A program made the translations under genes and the position numbers. A DNA stretch of 64,000 bases from Picochlorum sp. SENEW3 (taxonomy: Eukaryota), in NCBI GenBank assembly GCA_034226945.1, contig CP120453.1, positions 1,302,001-1,366,000 of the forward strand, given 5' to 3'. The number at the start of each line of letters is the position of its first letter. Positions within the stretch are counted from its first letter, which is position 1. Below, in pieces: positions 14,882 through 26,731 of the stretch. The notes beneath the pieces are model-generated. The model ran no database searches and was not told where the DNA came from. It saw nothing but the letters and a program-made list of their open reading frames with translations.

Positions 14882-15198
14882 GATATCAAACGCCAAGGCA
14901 CAATCTGACAATGTCAGGTATGGCAGTCTTTGGAACGTGTAATCATCATACTATGCTTCTTATCAACCTATTCTAAATTATAAAAATTTTTGAGCACCGC
15001 AGATGCGTCTTCTACTGGACTTGGCGAATCGTCGGAGCATGGACTCCCGAATATTTGGCCAGTCTCTCACTCTCGGGAGGCAGGCCATGTAGTATGTGGA
15101 TCGGTATGGCATGGGCCATTGCTATCGCAATATCTTGTTTGAATTTTCACAAGGGTAACGAACCCAATGCTATCGGTCGCATCGGTGGGGGTGTGATT

Positions 15199-16899
15199 AT
15201 GGGTATGGCAAGTCTGAGACGACTGCAGTTGAAACGGCACCATGGCCAGGCCGTATCTCATACGACTAGAAGGCAACGGATCTGTACAGTGTGTTTGAAA
15301 CAGTCTCATGCTGCTGCTGATGATGCTGGTGTCTCTCGACGAGGGCTTTTGCGAAAGGGTCTACTAGGAACCAGTGTGGGGTTTCTACACTCTCAAGCAG
15401 GTCGACTGATTGTGTCTGGGGATATCGCAGAAGCGCGGGGATTACTGGATTCCTCGTCGGATGTGTACCGTATGGCACACGATGTAGAGAAGAGGTTGCG
15501 TCAGAGTACTGTCAAGTTTCAATTGGAGAATGGGCTGACTGTGTTGGTGAGACAGCGGAGGAATGCTCCCGTGTTTTCTGCTCTCACCTACGCCGATGTT
15601 GGAGCGTATGATGAGAAAGGAATATTGGGTGTCGCTCATATGTTGGAGCATTTGGCGTTTAAAGGGTCTCCACGGCAGAGTGTGAATTTTGAAAAGGAAA
15701 GTGCCTTGTTGGAGCACATGGATGATGTGTTTGAGGAAGCCAGGGTGTGTACAGATCCGAGGAAGAAAGGTATGCTTCTTGATAGGTTGGATACAATGCA
15801 GCGTGAAGCATCGTCGCTTGCAGAGTCAAATGCGTATGGGTCGTTCTTGGCGAGACAGGGTGCTGTAGGATTGAATGCAGAGACAAGTCATGATGCGACC
15901 AAGTATTATGTGAGTTTGCCGAATAACAAGCTTGAATTGTTCTTTGCGTTGGAAGCAGAAAGATTTCAAGCTCCTGTGTTTCGGGATGTGTACTCTGAGA
16001 AGAAGGTGGTGCTGGAAGAGAGGAAAATGCTGGTCGAGGGGTCTCCCATGGGTACGTATCAAGAAGAGTATGCAAAGGTTTCATTTGGAAATAATTATTC
16101 TAGGCCAGTGATTGGGACAGAAGAGGATATAGACAGTATTGGAAGGAAAGATGTAGAGAAATTCTTTAGAGAAAAATATGGTCCGGACGCGCTGACCATT
16201 ACTATTGTTGGAAGTGTGGATCCAGAAGCTGTTAGATTGTATGCTGAAAAGTATTTTGGGAATTGGGTCTCGAGCGTAGGACACACGGGGTTGTGTACGA
16301 CTGAACCACTTGCGATACCATCTTTTTCTAGCGATGATGATCGATGCCTGCGTGGATCAAATTCTGCCGGGCCAATTCTGCTGCGGTCATGGTATAGACC
16401 TGGTGTGTGTGACACAGCAGCATCCATTCCACTGGATATTGCTGATGAATGCCTCACAGGAGGCAGGCACTCTCGGCTGAGAAATGCCCTTGTAATGACG
16501 TCAAAGGCGTTAACGGTATCATCATATGGTACTTTTCCTGGAGAAAAGCACCCATCCCAAATGCTTGTCTATGCTGTTCCGACTGCAGTGAGTGATTTGC
16601 AGGAAGTTGACCAGATCATCATGTCGGAGATTGATGCTTTTTGTGATGCGGGACCAACGCAACAGGAGTTGCTTAAATTTATAAAAGGGACTCAGTCAGC
16701 TGTGTTTGGAGTACTTCAAAGCAATGCAGGCATGGCCAGCGCGCTTGCATCCTATGAAAATTTGACCACGTCTTGGGAGAATATCTACAAGGAAATGTAC
16801 ACTCTTGTGGATCAGACACCCCGATCGGTCGCAGATGAGTGCTCAAAGTATCTAACGGCATCAAATTCATTCGCTGGATATGTAAACAAGTCAATGTAA
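15199..16899 (+). CDS. M16 (insulinase-family) zinc metallopeptidase with bipartite targeting leader
   Basis: FQLENGLTV, GVAHMLEHLAFKG (HxxEH), GLNAETSHDATKYY, EKKVVLEER, RPVIG. Confidence 0.9.
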   Translation: MGMASLRRLQLKRHHGQAVSHTTRRQRICTVCLKQSHAAADDAGVSRRGLLRKGLLGTSVGFLHSQAGRLIVSGDIAEARGLLDSSSDVYRMAHDVEKRLRQSTVKFQLENGLTVLVRQRRNAPVFSALTYADVGAYDEKGILGVAHMLEHLAFKGSPRQSVNFEKESALLEHMDDVFEEARVCTDPRKKGMLLDRLDTMQREASSLAESNAYGSFLARQGAVGLNAETSHDATKYYVSLPNNKLELFFALEAERFQAPVFRDVYSEKKVVLEERKMLVEGSPMGTYQEEYAKVSFGNNYSRPVIGTEEDIDSIGRKDVEKFFREKYGPDALTITIVGSVDPEAVRLYAEKYFGNWVSSVGHTGLCTTEPLAIPSFSSDDDRCLRGSNSAGPILLRSWYRPGVCDTAASIPLDIADECLTGGRHSRLRNALVMTSKALTVSSYGTFPGEKHPSQMLVYAVPTAVSDLQEVDQIIMSEIDAFCDAGPTQQELLKFIKGTQSAVFGVLQSNAGMASALASYENLTTSWENIYKEMYTLVDQTPRSVADECSKYLTASNSFAGYVNKSM

Positions 16900-16912
16900 C
16901 TTGGCTATATTT

Positions 16913-17866
16913 TCATTCATGTGTTGGTTGATGTATTGATTCATTCAGTGCTTCAGGGCTCTGTCTCCCTCGTTTATTCACTCGCTCCTGTATTCTCGCC
17001 CATATATCCTCTGGTTCATCTGTATCTATAGTACTATATCCTTCTAAAAGCCCACCACCACCACCACCACTACTACCGCCGCCTTTTGCGTATGCAAATC
17101 CATTAGCCTTGTCCACCAACTTGATGACATATGCCATGCTCTCAACATCCTCCACAGCCAGGGGTGCAAAACTCACAATACTGTAATCTTCTAACAGCCC
17201 ACATAATTCCCGCGTTGCTTTTGAAAACTTTGGATGCATCGTTGGTATCACTGCATCAGCAAGTTGGTCCAAACTATCTGGTTTGAGAAAATATCTCGGC
17301 TGAAAGTCAAGTTCTCCAAACTGCTCCAACATGTCCACCTTTGACAGCACATTGACGTGAGGCAGCCCTAAATGCAACATGGTAGAAAGAGAAACTAGAA
17401 TGGAAGAAAAATATTTCGATGGCTCCGTACACAGATGGGAATCCACCAACTGCACAGATGCTAGGTGTATTCCCCATGTTGTGCTCATTGTCTGAATCAC
17501 ATGAAGCAAGCTCGTATGGCAAGTGAATATCTCCACCTGACCAGGAAGATCAAAAATCAAGTACTTTCCCTCTTTAATAAGGGGATCAATTGCATTCTTG
17601 AGCCAATCTACATTTTCCTCCAAGTACTCCATGCTGAATACCAACCCACCATTTGGACCCAACTCTGTCTCTTCCTGAACCTTCTCGAGCGACACGAGAT
17701 CTTTGATATCCACCGCGCATGTATATCGAGGACTATCGTTTGCTGGATCTAAATTGATAATGGCATGGGGTCGCGAGCTCACCTGAGTGAAAAACTGCTC
17801 CAGCCCGTGGCAGTATGTCGTCTTCCCACTTCCTGGAGGGCCCACTACCAATTGCCCATACGCCAT
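16913..17866 (-). CDS. GPN2: GPN-loop GTPase 2
   Basis: GQLVVGPPGSGKTTYC, NLDPAND, LGPNGGL, FDLPGQVE, LPHVNVLSKVD. Confidence 0.93.
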   Translation of the reverse strand: MAYGQLVVGPPGSGKTTYCHGLEQFFTQVSSRPHAIINLDPANDSPRYTCAVDIKDLVSLEKVQEETELGPNGGLVFSMEYLEENVDWLKNAIDPLIKEGKYLIFDLPGQVEIFTCHTSLLHVIQTMSTTWGIHLASVQLVDSHLCTEPSKYFSSILVSLSTMLHLGLPHVNVLSKVDMLEQFGELDFQPRYFLKPDSLDQLADAVIPTMHPKFSKATRELCGLLEDYSIVSFAPLAVEDVESMAYVIKLVDKANGFAYAKGGGSSGGGGGGLLEGYSTIDTDEPEDIWARIQERVNKRGRQSPEALNESIHQPTHE

Positions 17867-18047
17867 GGCAATATATATTAGTTTTTTTTAATATCTCTTA
17901 TTCGAATGCATGCGTTGCCATCCGGCAAAGGGAACTATGGAGAGCAAGGAATATGCCTTATTTAAATAGTTTAGAAACATCTTCAGCAATTTGATAGATA
18001 ACAGGGACGATATCCACGCTCATCAAATATATCATTTCCATAAAAGG

Positions 18048-20045
18048 ATGACTGTGAATATAGATTCCAAAATAGGTCCATGGCCGCGTGGATTGTCGAC
18101 AAAAGACCTTGTTCAGTCAAAAGTGCGTTTGAATTTCAGAAACTGAAAAAAGTGCCATGCAATGCCTAAAGCATGATCAACGGTACCTGATAATGATATT
18201 ATGAATTTGAAAATGCCATCATATAGGTTAAAGACGCAAAAGTGCTCGTTGTCGGAGCTGGTGGCATCGGGTGTGAATTGCTCAAGACTCTGGCTCTGTC
18301 TGGTTTCCAAAATATTCATGTGGTGCGTTCTATCTATATAGGGTGGTCATCTTGTTGAATCGTTTTCTCTGACCTCTTTCTATCACTATATTGTCCTACA
18401 GGTTGATTTGGATACAATTGACGTGAGCAACTTGAATCGACAGTTTTTGTTTCGAAAGCACCATGTTGGTCAAAGCAAATCCTCTGTTGCAGCAGCTGCC
18501 ATCAAAAAATTCAGACCAGATATGAATATTGTCGCTGAGATGTCTAATATCATGCTTCCTGAATATGATGTGAAGTTTTTTAAGAGATTTGATATCGTGC
18601 TGAATGGATTGGATAATATTGAAGCACGGAGGCATGTGAATAAGATGTGCCTCTGTGCACAAGTGCCTCTTGTCGAGTCTGGAACAGCTGGGTATTTGGG
18701 ACAAGTCACTGTTCATCTCGGGTTACAAACAGAGTGCTTTGATTGTCAGCCAAAGCCAACACAGAAGTCTTTTGCTGTGTGTACTATTCGCAGGACTCCT
18801 GAGAAACCAATTCACTGCATTGTGTGGTCCAAGGAGGTTGCGTTTCAGGGGCTGTTTGGGGACGGCGATCTAGCTGATATCGGAGATCATTTAGCGTACG
18901 AGAAAGATAGTATCGATGCCAAGGAGTATGCGAGAAAAGTTTTCAAAACCCTTTTCCGTGACAATATCAACGGATTACTCAAGGAGGTGGAACAGTCAAA
19001 GGAAGATGTGTGGAAGGGGAGGGATCCACCAAAGCCACTGGATGTCGAAGGGGAGCTGAAAGATGATATAGAAAAGGGCTTGGATCCATCTTGGTCACCT
19101 CCTATAGACCAACATAAAGTGTTGGATGTGCACGAGAGCACACAAATGTTTGTCCATGCGATATATACCATCCTCACCCAGCGAGCAAACTCCGTTGGTT
19201 CATTAGAGTTTGACAAGGATGATGACGACGTCATGCAATTTGTTGCGGCATCATCAAACTTGAGGAGTTTCTGCTATGGAATCGCGCCTCAGTCATTCTT
19301 CCAGGCAAAAGGGATGGCTGGCAATATCATCCATGCGATTGCAACTACAAATGCCATTGTGTCTGGCCTGATTGTGGTTCAGGCAATGAAGGTGCTTGCT
19401 GGAGCGCAGGAACACATTTCCAAGTACCGTGCTGCCTATATTCAGCAGTATCCTAGCAATAAAAAGATTATTGCACCCATTCAATGCATGCCTCCGAACA
19501 AGGACTGCCCAGTGTGCAGTCTGGTTCCCCTGCAACTTCCTGTCAATACGACGACAGTGACCTTTGGCAGGTTTATTAACGAAATCGTGAGATCCGAGTG
19601 GGGCTTCAAAGAATTTATTGTTGATAATGGGGCTGATTTCTTGTTTGAAGAGGGAGAATTTCTAGAAGAGGATGAGATTGAAGCCAACAAGAAATATCTC
19701 GACATGCCTCTACGCAAGCTCCCAGGTGGAGGTATTGTGAACAATTCTGTGGTAACGGTCACGGATGAGGGCTCCAACCTTAAAGTTCCTGTCATAATAG
19801 TCCATGTGGAGGACACTTCGGATACTTTCTTGAGCATGTCGTTGCAAGGAGATTTGGAGCAGGCAAAGAAGGCTGCTGCAAGGGAGCAACAGAGGAGAGA
19901 AGAGCAGGAGAAACGTGACAAGGAAGAGATCCATCTGGTCGATGATGATGACCACCATGACAAGGCTTCGTTGAAAAGAAAACGAGAGAACATTGACGGG
20001 CAAGAAGAAGAAGACGAAGATGTTGTCTTGATCTTGGACGATTGA
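18048..20045 (+). CDS. SAE2: SUMO-activating enzyme subunit 2 (UBA2)
   Basis: Exon 1 [15 protein letters not shown].. with GTGCGT donor, then [39 protein letters not shown] (catalytic Cys), [18 protein letters not shown]. Confidence 0.93.
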
Positions 20046-20146
20046 TGCCATGTAATATTACACACTATTTGCCGAGAGGTGACATTGTCTGTTACATCCA
20101 AAACCAGAAGCAAGAATTCTTCATAGAATTCAATACATTGATATGA

Positions 20147-21444
20147 TCAGCACATGGATGCAAACACACCATAGATGGCCATAATCAAGAGAGACATGAA
20201 GCTGTATCTGTACAGAACAGCTGCGCTGCTAGGAGCAGATGCAACACACAATGGCCCAGTATCACCGTCCCTGGAGTCGTCTGCAATTCTGGTAATAAGG
20301 TCTTGGATTCTCCCGCCTTCGGATGACACGGGGCAGGTGGTATCAATGGTGACTTTGATTCTCACTTGAGACACCTCATCATTCAGGAATTCCCCAGCAC
20401 TGCACCCAGCAACATTTGGCTGGTAAAACAGAGGCCCACCTTGACCAAATGAAGACTGAGATGCAATAGATCTATATCCATTAACGCCATCTCCCAAACA
20501 TTCGTATGAAATGTACGAACCCAAGGCTTGGGTGAACGTGTCATTGTCATACTGCACAAGAGCAAACCCATCTCCAGCAATCGTCCTGAAAGAATTTGCC
20601 GATTGCACATCAAAAATACCATGAACAACACTCGTAATTCCAGGATATTTAAAGGACGAAGGGCTCACTGCACTCTTGGATGGGTCAAACGGTGGTGGAA
20701 TACTGGCATACTCCAGCTGATACACCCCCAGGCCATCAGCATACTCTGCCTCCAGCGCTGCAGGACCACTCGTGTCCAGCCCAGTCACATTAGCCCCTGC
20801 AGAGCACGTCAAGTTTCCAAAATCTGGGGGTGGAATCGTCGTCGAGTTCAACAAGATCATCGTTTCACTCGATGCAGGGAAATCCCAGCCCACCTCTGGA
20901 CACTCTTCTGTACTAGAGATCCAATAATACAAATTTGGCGGAACAATCTTCCCCATCTCACACCGCTGTGACACCACCATTGTTCCATTACTGTACAAAT
21001 CCCGTCGCAATACGGTCGCTCGATACTGCACACAGAATGAGTCATTCAGCCCAGCATCCACCTGTAACTTAAAAACCATCATCAGACAACAACACCCACC
21101 TCACCCGGAAGACCGGTACATTCCCACGTCAAATACCGACCCATTTCAAGCATAAACTGCTCATCTCCAAGATACAAAGAGGATGAAAATCCAGATGGCA
21201 AAATCACCCCGATATACGCCGATTCCTTCTGGTACAGAGAGCCTCTCAAATCAACCGGTCCACCCAAGTTTGCAAATGCAGGAAAGGATGTGTTGTATGG
21301 TACGAATGCCTCATCAAAAATTGGTTCAGATCCTGGAAATAGTGAAGAAATCACCGAATTCTCCTGACCCAGAGTGACAGGAATGCTCGAAAGAATATGT
21401 TGTACAAACACCAACACCACCGAGGTGTATATCACGTGAGCCAT
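20147..21444 (-). CDS. Uncharacterised secreted, possibly GPI-anchored protein
   Basis: Signal peptide, short intron near 21062-21102, Cys-containing ectodomain, hydrophobic C-terminus. Confidence 0.65.
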
Positions 21445-22223
21445 TCCTAGGCAGATCAAGTATTCCCTTGTATAGCGACGAAATCCTTCTTAATATACCT
21501 TTGAATCTATTCAAATATGGTATTACAAGCACCTTGCAGGACACATTAATGATGAGGTCATCAGCAATCAGGATAAGACTTCCCGCGTGCTGTCGAGGCA
21601 TCCAAGAGTATGCACAATTCTCATAAGAGAGAAGACCATGTGTAGATGGTCTTAAATTCTCAGATATTATCTGATCCCGCGACATTCTATACTGTCACAT
21701 GAGTCAGTAAATGTATTTGAGGCGCAAGAAAATTGCGTCATCTCTCATCATATGACGGCTGCTGTGACTCCAGACAGCCATTATTACCATCAGTCTGGAG
21801 ACAATGAGGTAGTTGTAGTCCATGAGATATTTCTCTCTCTCTTATCAGCAATCAACCTGGAGAATGGATTAAATGACACCCATCATGAAGGATCATGTAT
21901 AGATAGAATACTGATACTGATACAATGAAGATGTCGACACTAATAATACAGGCCTGCCTAGGCCATGCTCACTGAGCATTGCTCAGAGACAAGATCCCAA
22001 TCTTCTCTTGTCTTGTGACTCCTCGATATCAGACATCCCGCGATCTATCGATTTCTCAGAAAATAATAGATGGGTTTTTGGACAACATGTCGCATAGTGC
22101 GAAGCCATTAGATGCCGAATACAAGGTTATTTTCCTGACGAAGAGTTCCTGACGAGTTGTAGGGTTTGTGTGACGATTGATGCTGTTACAGTTGATTTCA
22201 ATGCAAAAGCAGTATTCTATGGG

Positions 22224-25200
22224 ATGAAAACATACGGGTTTAAGACTCAGCGCTTGAATTGCATGCGCCGTGTCGGGTGCTTTGCGTGCCCACCGAGACC
22301 ATGGCAAAGACAATACCAGGCATCTCAGCTGCGCGGGATACGCATGCCTCATAAATATCGACATCAGAGTCTTATGGTGCCCTGTGCAATGGCGGTGAAC
22401 GCGATGGATGGAGATGGGGAGTCTGAGGATGAAAAAAGTGCCCTGTCTTCTGCTGTCTCATCTGTCCATGCCTTTTTTCGTCGATACGGAACCATTGTTT
22501 TTGCTTGGATCAAGTATGCGACTGAGAGGGAAGAATTCAGGGTTCTAAACAATATTTTTCAGTTTACTGCGTCCTTGGCGTTTGTATCTTTGTATGTTAT
22601 AGGGACATACAGCCAACCAGTGAAGGGTTCTTTTAGGTCATGTCTAGAGCTCTTCCTTTGTTTTGTCTTTGCTGGAGAGTTTCTATACCGCTTCTTTGTG
22701 AACCATAAAGATGCTGGATCGAAATTTAGAATGTTGACGACTCCTATAAATGTACTGGATTTGCTGTCGTTTGCGCCAACAATGTTTGAAGTGGTCTTGC
22801 AGCAGATTTCACCTGGATTTACATTGGGGCGGTTCGACCTGCGATGGACAAAGCTTCTTCGAAGTTTGAGAGTTATCCGTATAGGTTTGTTAGCTGCAGA
22901 GCTGAGGTCGTTGAATCTAAGCACAAAGAGGGGAGGATGGCTTGCTGCAGGGACAAATTTCAGACTGATTCAGCTTGCTGCCTCTCCTGTTCTGCTTCTC
23001 TTCGGTGCATCAGCTATTATTCAGATTGTCGAGCATATTCCATTTCATAAAGCAGTGTATTTTGTGGCCACAACATTATCGACGGTAGGTAGCTTGTTTT
23101 GGGTCGATATGTATAGCAGCACCATGCCAGTGATGTGTGTACACTCGTGATGTATGTAGGTTGGATATGGAGATGTTGTTGCTCAGTCTTTTGTCGGAAA
23201 GACATGCGTCGTTATTATGATTGCCATCGGCTTGGTTCTTATTCCTGTACAAGCAGCTTTGTTTTACAATGAAATCTCTGCGAGGCGTGTGATTCGGGGT
23301 TCTTTGCCTGATTGGAGAGGCAAGCCATTTGTCCTCTTGTCTACACGGTTGACAGAGGTGAGGGCTTTTAGCGATCTTTTTGCAGAGTTTCAACAGGCTT
23401 TGGGTTCAACAACATTGTTTCCAAAGACAACAAAGATTGTTGCGTTGTGCAATCGTCCATCGTTTGAATTTTCTGCGTTTCAAGAGCTCCACGAGCGCTC
23501 TCTAACTCTGGTGGAAGGCTCTGCAGTTTCGGGAACTGATCTTGTCAGAGCAAGAGCGGAGAAATCGAATGCCATCATTTTATTAGCGGATAGATTTTCA
23601 CCTGATAGTGATCATGAAGACTTGTCCATTCTATTTCAGGTTTGGGCGGCAAAAAGCTACACAAAAACAGTGCCATTGTTTGTTCAAACGATGAAGCAGT
23701 CTACAGTGGAGCAAATAACGCCATTCCTCGACCCAGAACAAGATGTTGCCGTCAGTACCGAAGAGACACGATTTAGATTATTGGCGCTTTCTGCAAGTTG
23801 CCCTGGAGCGTCAACGTTGATAGGTAATCTAATTCGAAGCTCCTCTGTGAGGCCAAAAGAAGCAAGGCAGGATACCTTGGCAGATAGACGATGGCTCCGC
23901 CAATATGTGGATGGATGCGAAGCAAGTTTGTCCAGAGCACCTGTTCAGCGTCATCTTGTGGGTATAGAATTTATTCATGTCGCAGAGTGGCTCTATAGAA
24001 CAGCTGGGTATGCAATCATTGGGGTGGTTAATCCAGATAGCAGTGTTGTGATGAATCCGTCCACATGGAAACTTGAGATGGGGTACACCTTGCTCATTAT
24101 AGGGCACGGCACGGTTGAAGTACGAAAAGCTTTGGCCGAATCGTTCATCCCATTGAGCAAATTGAGCAAGTATAACGCCGATGCCATGGTCCCAGATGAC
24201 TATCCGTATGGGTATGAGCGGCAGGCAGCAGGTACTGCTGAGAACATTGATGTAGCAGAGTCATGTGAGCAAATCTACGAGGGGCTGCCTACGACAGATA
24301 GTATCGATGTGGATGATATTCCCTGTGTGCCAAAGTATTATTCTGAGACTTTGACATCGCTGCAAGGATTGGCATTTTATGAGACGTACAAGAGTGATGA
24401 GGACGCCAAGCAGGAACAGGAAACACAGGGCTACCTGTCAGAGGACACATCCAGACGACTGGCTCTTCAAGCAGGCATTTCCAATCCATCTATATCAAAT
24501 AGAAACGCTGTGGACAGCAATATGTATAGCGATCATTTCATTCTGTGTGGGCATGCAGGGAGTTTCTTGCAGTTTATGAAGTATCTCAGGGCAGCAGAGC
24601 CATCCAAGCATGTTCAGATTGTGATCCTGGCGGAGGAATGCCCAGAGGACTTTATGAACGCAGAGTACATGTATGGTCCATGTGATTATGTCATGGGATC
24701 ACCGACGATTGCGTCGTCGCTCAGAAAGGCAGGCGCACAGACAGCCAGGGCACTGATCTTCTTGACCAAAGGATCCAGAGATGTCAAATCTGCCCAAGCC
24801 ACAGGCGCAGCAGTCGAGGTTGTACGAAATACGAGAGAGGCTGTTCTTGCTGATGCATCAGCTCTTCTTGCGTGTTATGGAGCTGGAGAAGAAAGTGGGT
24901 CCACGCTCACCCACGCTGTTGTTGAACTCCTCTTCACCACATCTATAGAGTTCCTTCAGCCAGGCCTCTTACTCCGTGGTGTGAGCTCTATATACGACGA
25001 AGCAACCGTCCGAAAAGGAGAACCCCGTAAATCATGGTCAATGAGAGCCCAACAACAGCGCGAAGCTGTCGCCGAAGGCCTCGCAGAATGGCAAGCAAAC
25101 CCATATTATGCAGCAGGCCGCTGCACCGTCCCAGCACTCATGGACACATTTGCTACCCAAGGATTCTTCACGCGTGGCCTCCTCGTTTCCGTGCTGGGAG

Positions 25201-25475
25201 AACTATGTGGCGACTTTTCTGAGGAAGAAAACCTAGGAAAAGGTGCCATGCTCATCCAAGTACCCCTTCCTCCAGACATGGCTGGTAAGACATTTTCCCA
25301 GTGTGCCACAGCCCTTGCCATCTCTGTTGGCATGGTTGTCATTGGTCTCTACAGAAAGAAGATTGAAAACCCAGCAACCAGGCTCAGCTACGTCATGACA
25401 CTTCCCCCGAGGGATGAAGTATTGCAGAAAACAGACAGATTATTCTGCATACGCCCAATGGATTGTACAGTATGA
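22224..25475 (+). CDS. Slo/BK-type potassium channel with RCK domains
   Basis: S4-like RWTKLLRSLRVIR; pore TTLST|VGYGD split by intron 23085-23159; RCK motifs LVEGSAVSGTDLVRARA and HFILCG. Confidence 0.88.
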
Positions 25476-25811
25476 TGATGCGTCCGCAGCCCCTGTCAAC
25501 AGGTTGCCATTGACCGGAACCCCGATTGATAACGAGGAGGAGGGGAAAGTACGTCATCCCTCTTTTCTTCACGCTGACATGAATACAAAGCAAAACATAT
25601 TGATATTTACCCCTCTTTTTAACTTGCAAAACAGAATAGAGAGGTATACGCTCCAATAAAGCGGTAAGCGAGTCGAAGTTCTTCTTCTCGTGAAACACAC
25701 GAAACAACAAGTTTCTCAGCCCGCAGGTGCGACGCCGGCACGTCACATCATGGAATTTTTCTTCACATATTAATTCTCAAAGACATCTTCTTTGATGCAG
25801 ACGACAAGACC

Positions 25812-26498
25812 ATGGGTCTCTCATACAACGAGAAGCGATATGCCAAGAAGATTGGAAAATGGCTCTGGAGACTTTTCAAAAAAGAGAAACAGAAGAGGGA
25901 TGCCGCCAAACTGACAGATCACAAGCCAAGTTCAAGCCTTGCACCACCAATTCCAAGGACCGTGGACGAATTCCTGTCTCTCCGTGACAGAATTGCCAAC
26001 ACCCCTGAAGGTGGCGCCACCTGCTTCATCTTGGCATTGATCAATTATGTCGACTCTGATCCATCCGTGCACGCAGAAGGAGTATCAATGATGATTTTAT
26101 CCATTTCTGAAGAGAATCTTATCAAGAGCTCCTCGGAAACGGAATCCTACAACGGATATGGGCTGCATCGCAGCGATATTGACAGGTTGGCAAGGGCCAC
26201 CCCAGATATTGCCCATTCCTACATCGCGGGCGCCACCCCTGAAAACGACTATACAATACAGAATCCAAACTGTGCGTCTATCGGATTTAGAAAGCAGGAT
26301 GACTACACAGGAACCATCGCATCAGGCACCAAAAAAGTATTTGTTTGGAGCGGCGGTGCAGCCACGGCTAGGCCAATCACCCTCACCTGTAATGTCAAGG
26401 GTATCTGGAAAGTGAAAGAATTCTCCAGCATTGTCGTTGAAGTCCAACCACCTGCAAGTGCATCAAATCCAGCAATGTATGCTGCCCATTCATTGTAA
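25812..26498 (+). CDS. Intronless DUF6935-like protein (bacterial-type)
   Basis: PRTVDEFLSLRDRIANTPEGGA, IAHSYIAGATPENDY, KVFVWSGGAATARPITL, GIWKVKEFSS. Confidence 0.65.
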   Translation: MGLSYNEKRYAKKIGKWLWRLFKKEKQKRDAAKLTDHKPSSSLAPPIPRTVDEFLSLRDRIANTPEGGATCFILALINYVDSDPSVHAEGVSMMILSISEENLIKSSSETESYNGYGLHRSDIDRLARATPDIAHSYIAGATPENDYTIQNPNCASIGFRKQDDYTGTIASGTKKVFVWSGGAATARPITLTCNVKGIWKVKEFSSIVVEVQPPASASNPAMYAAHSL

Positions 26499-26731
26499 CT
26501 GATTTACCGTTAAACCACATGGGACAAGAGGCAACGAGGCGTTGGTTGTCCAACCAACGATCCATGGGATCGTACTATCCAAGGCCGGTCAAACACCTGC
26601 ATCGACCGAGGATATGTAACCAGCACCGAAAACGGTTACATGTCATGCCCCCACGTCCAAACGACACCCGTATAATTTTTAGCAAGTATTTCTAGTGAAG
26701 CCCATCTCAATAAAAACAATATATTATTATA

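Noticed and set aside
25476..25750. Extra gene or alternative BK exon (GTACGT..CAG intron-like segment at ~25548-25634)
   Set aside because: No convincing start or homology; it could be a 3' UTR intron, which cannot be supported from sequence alone
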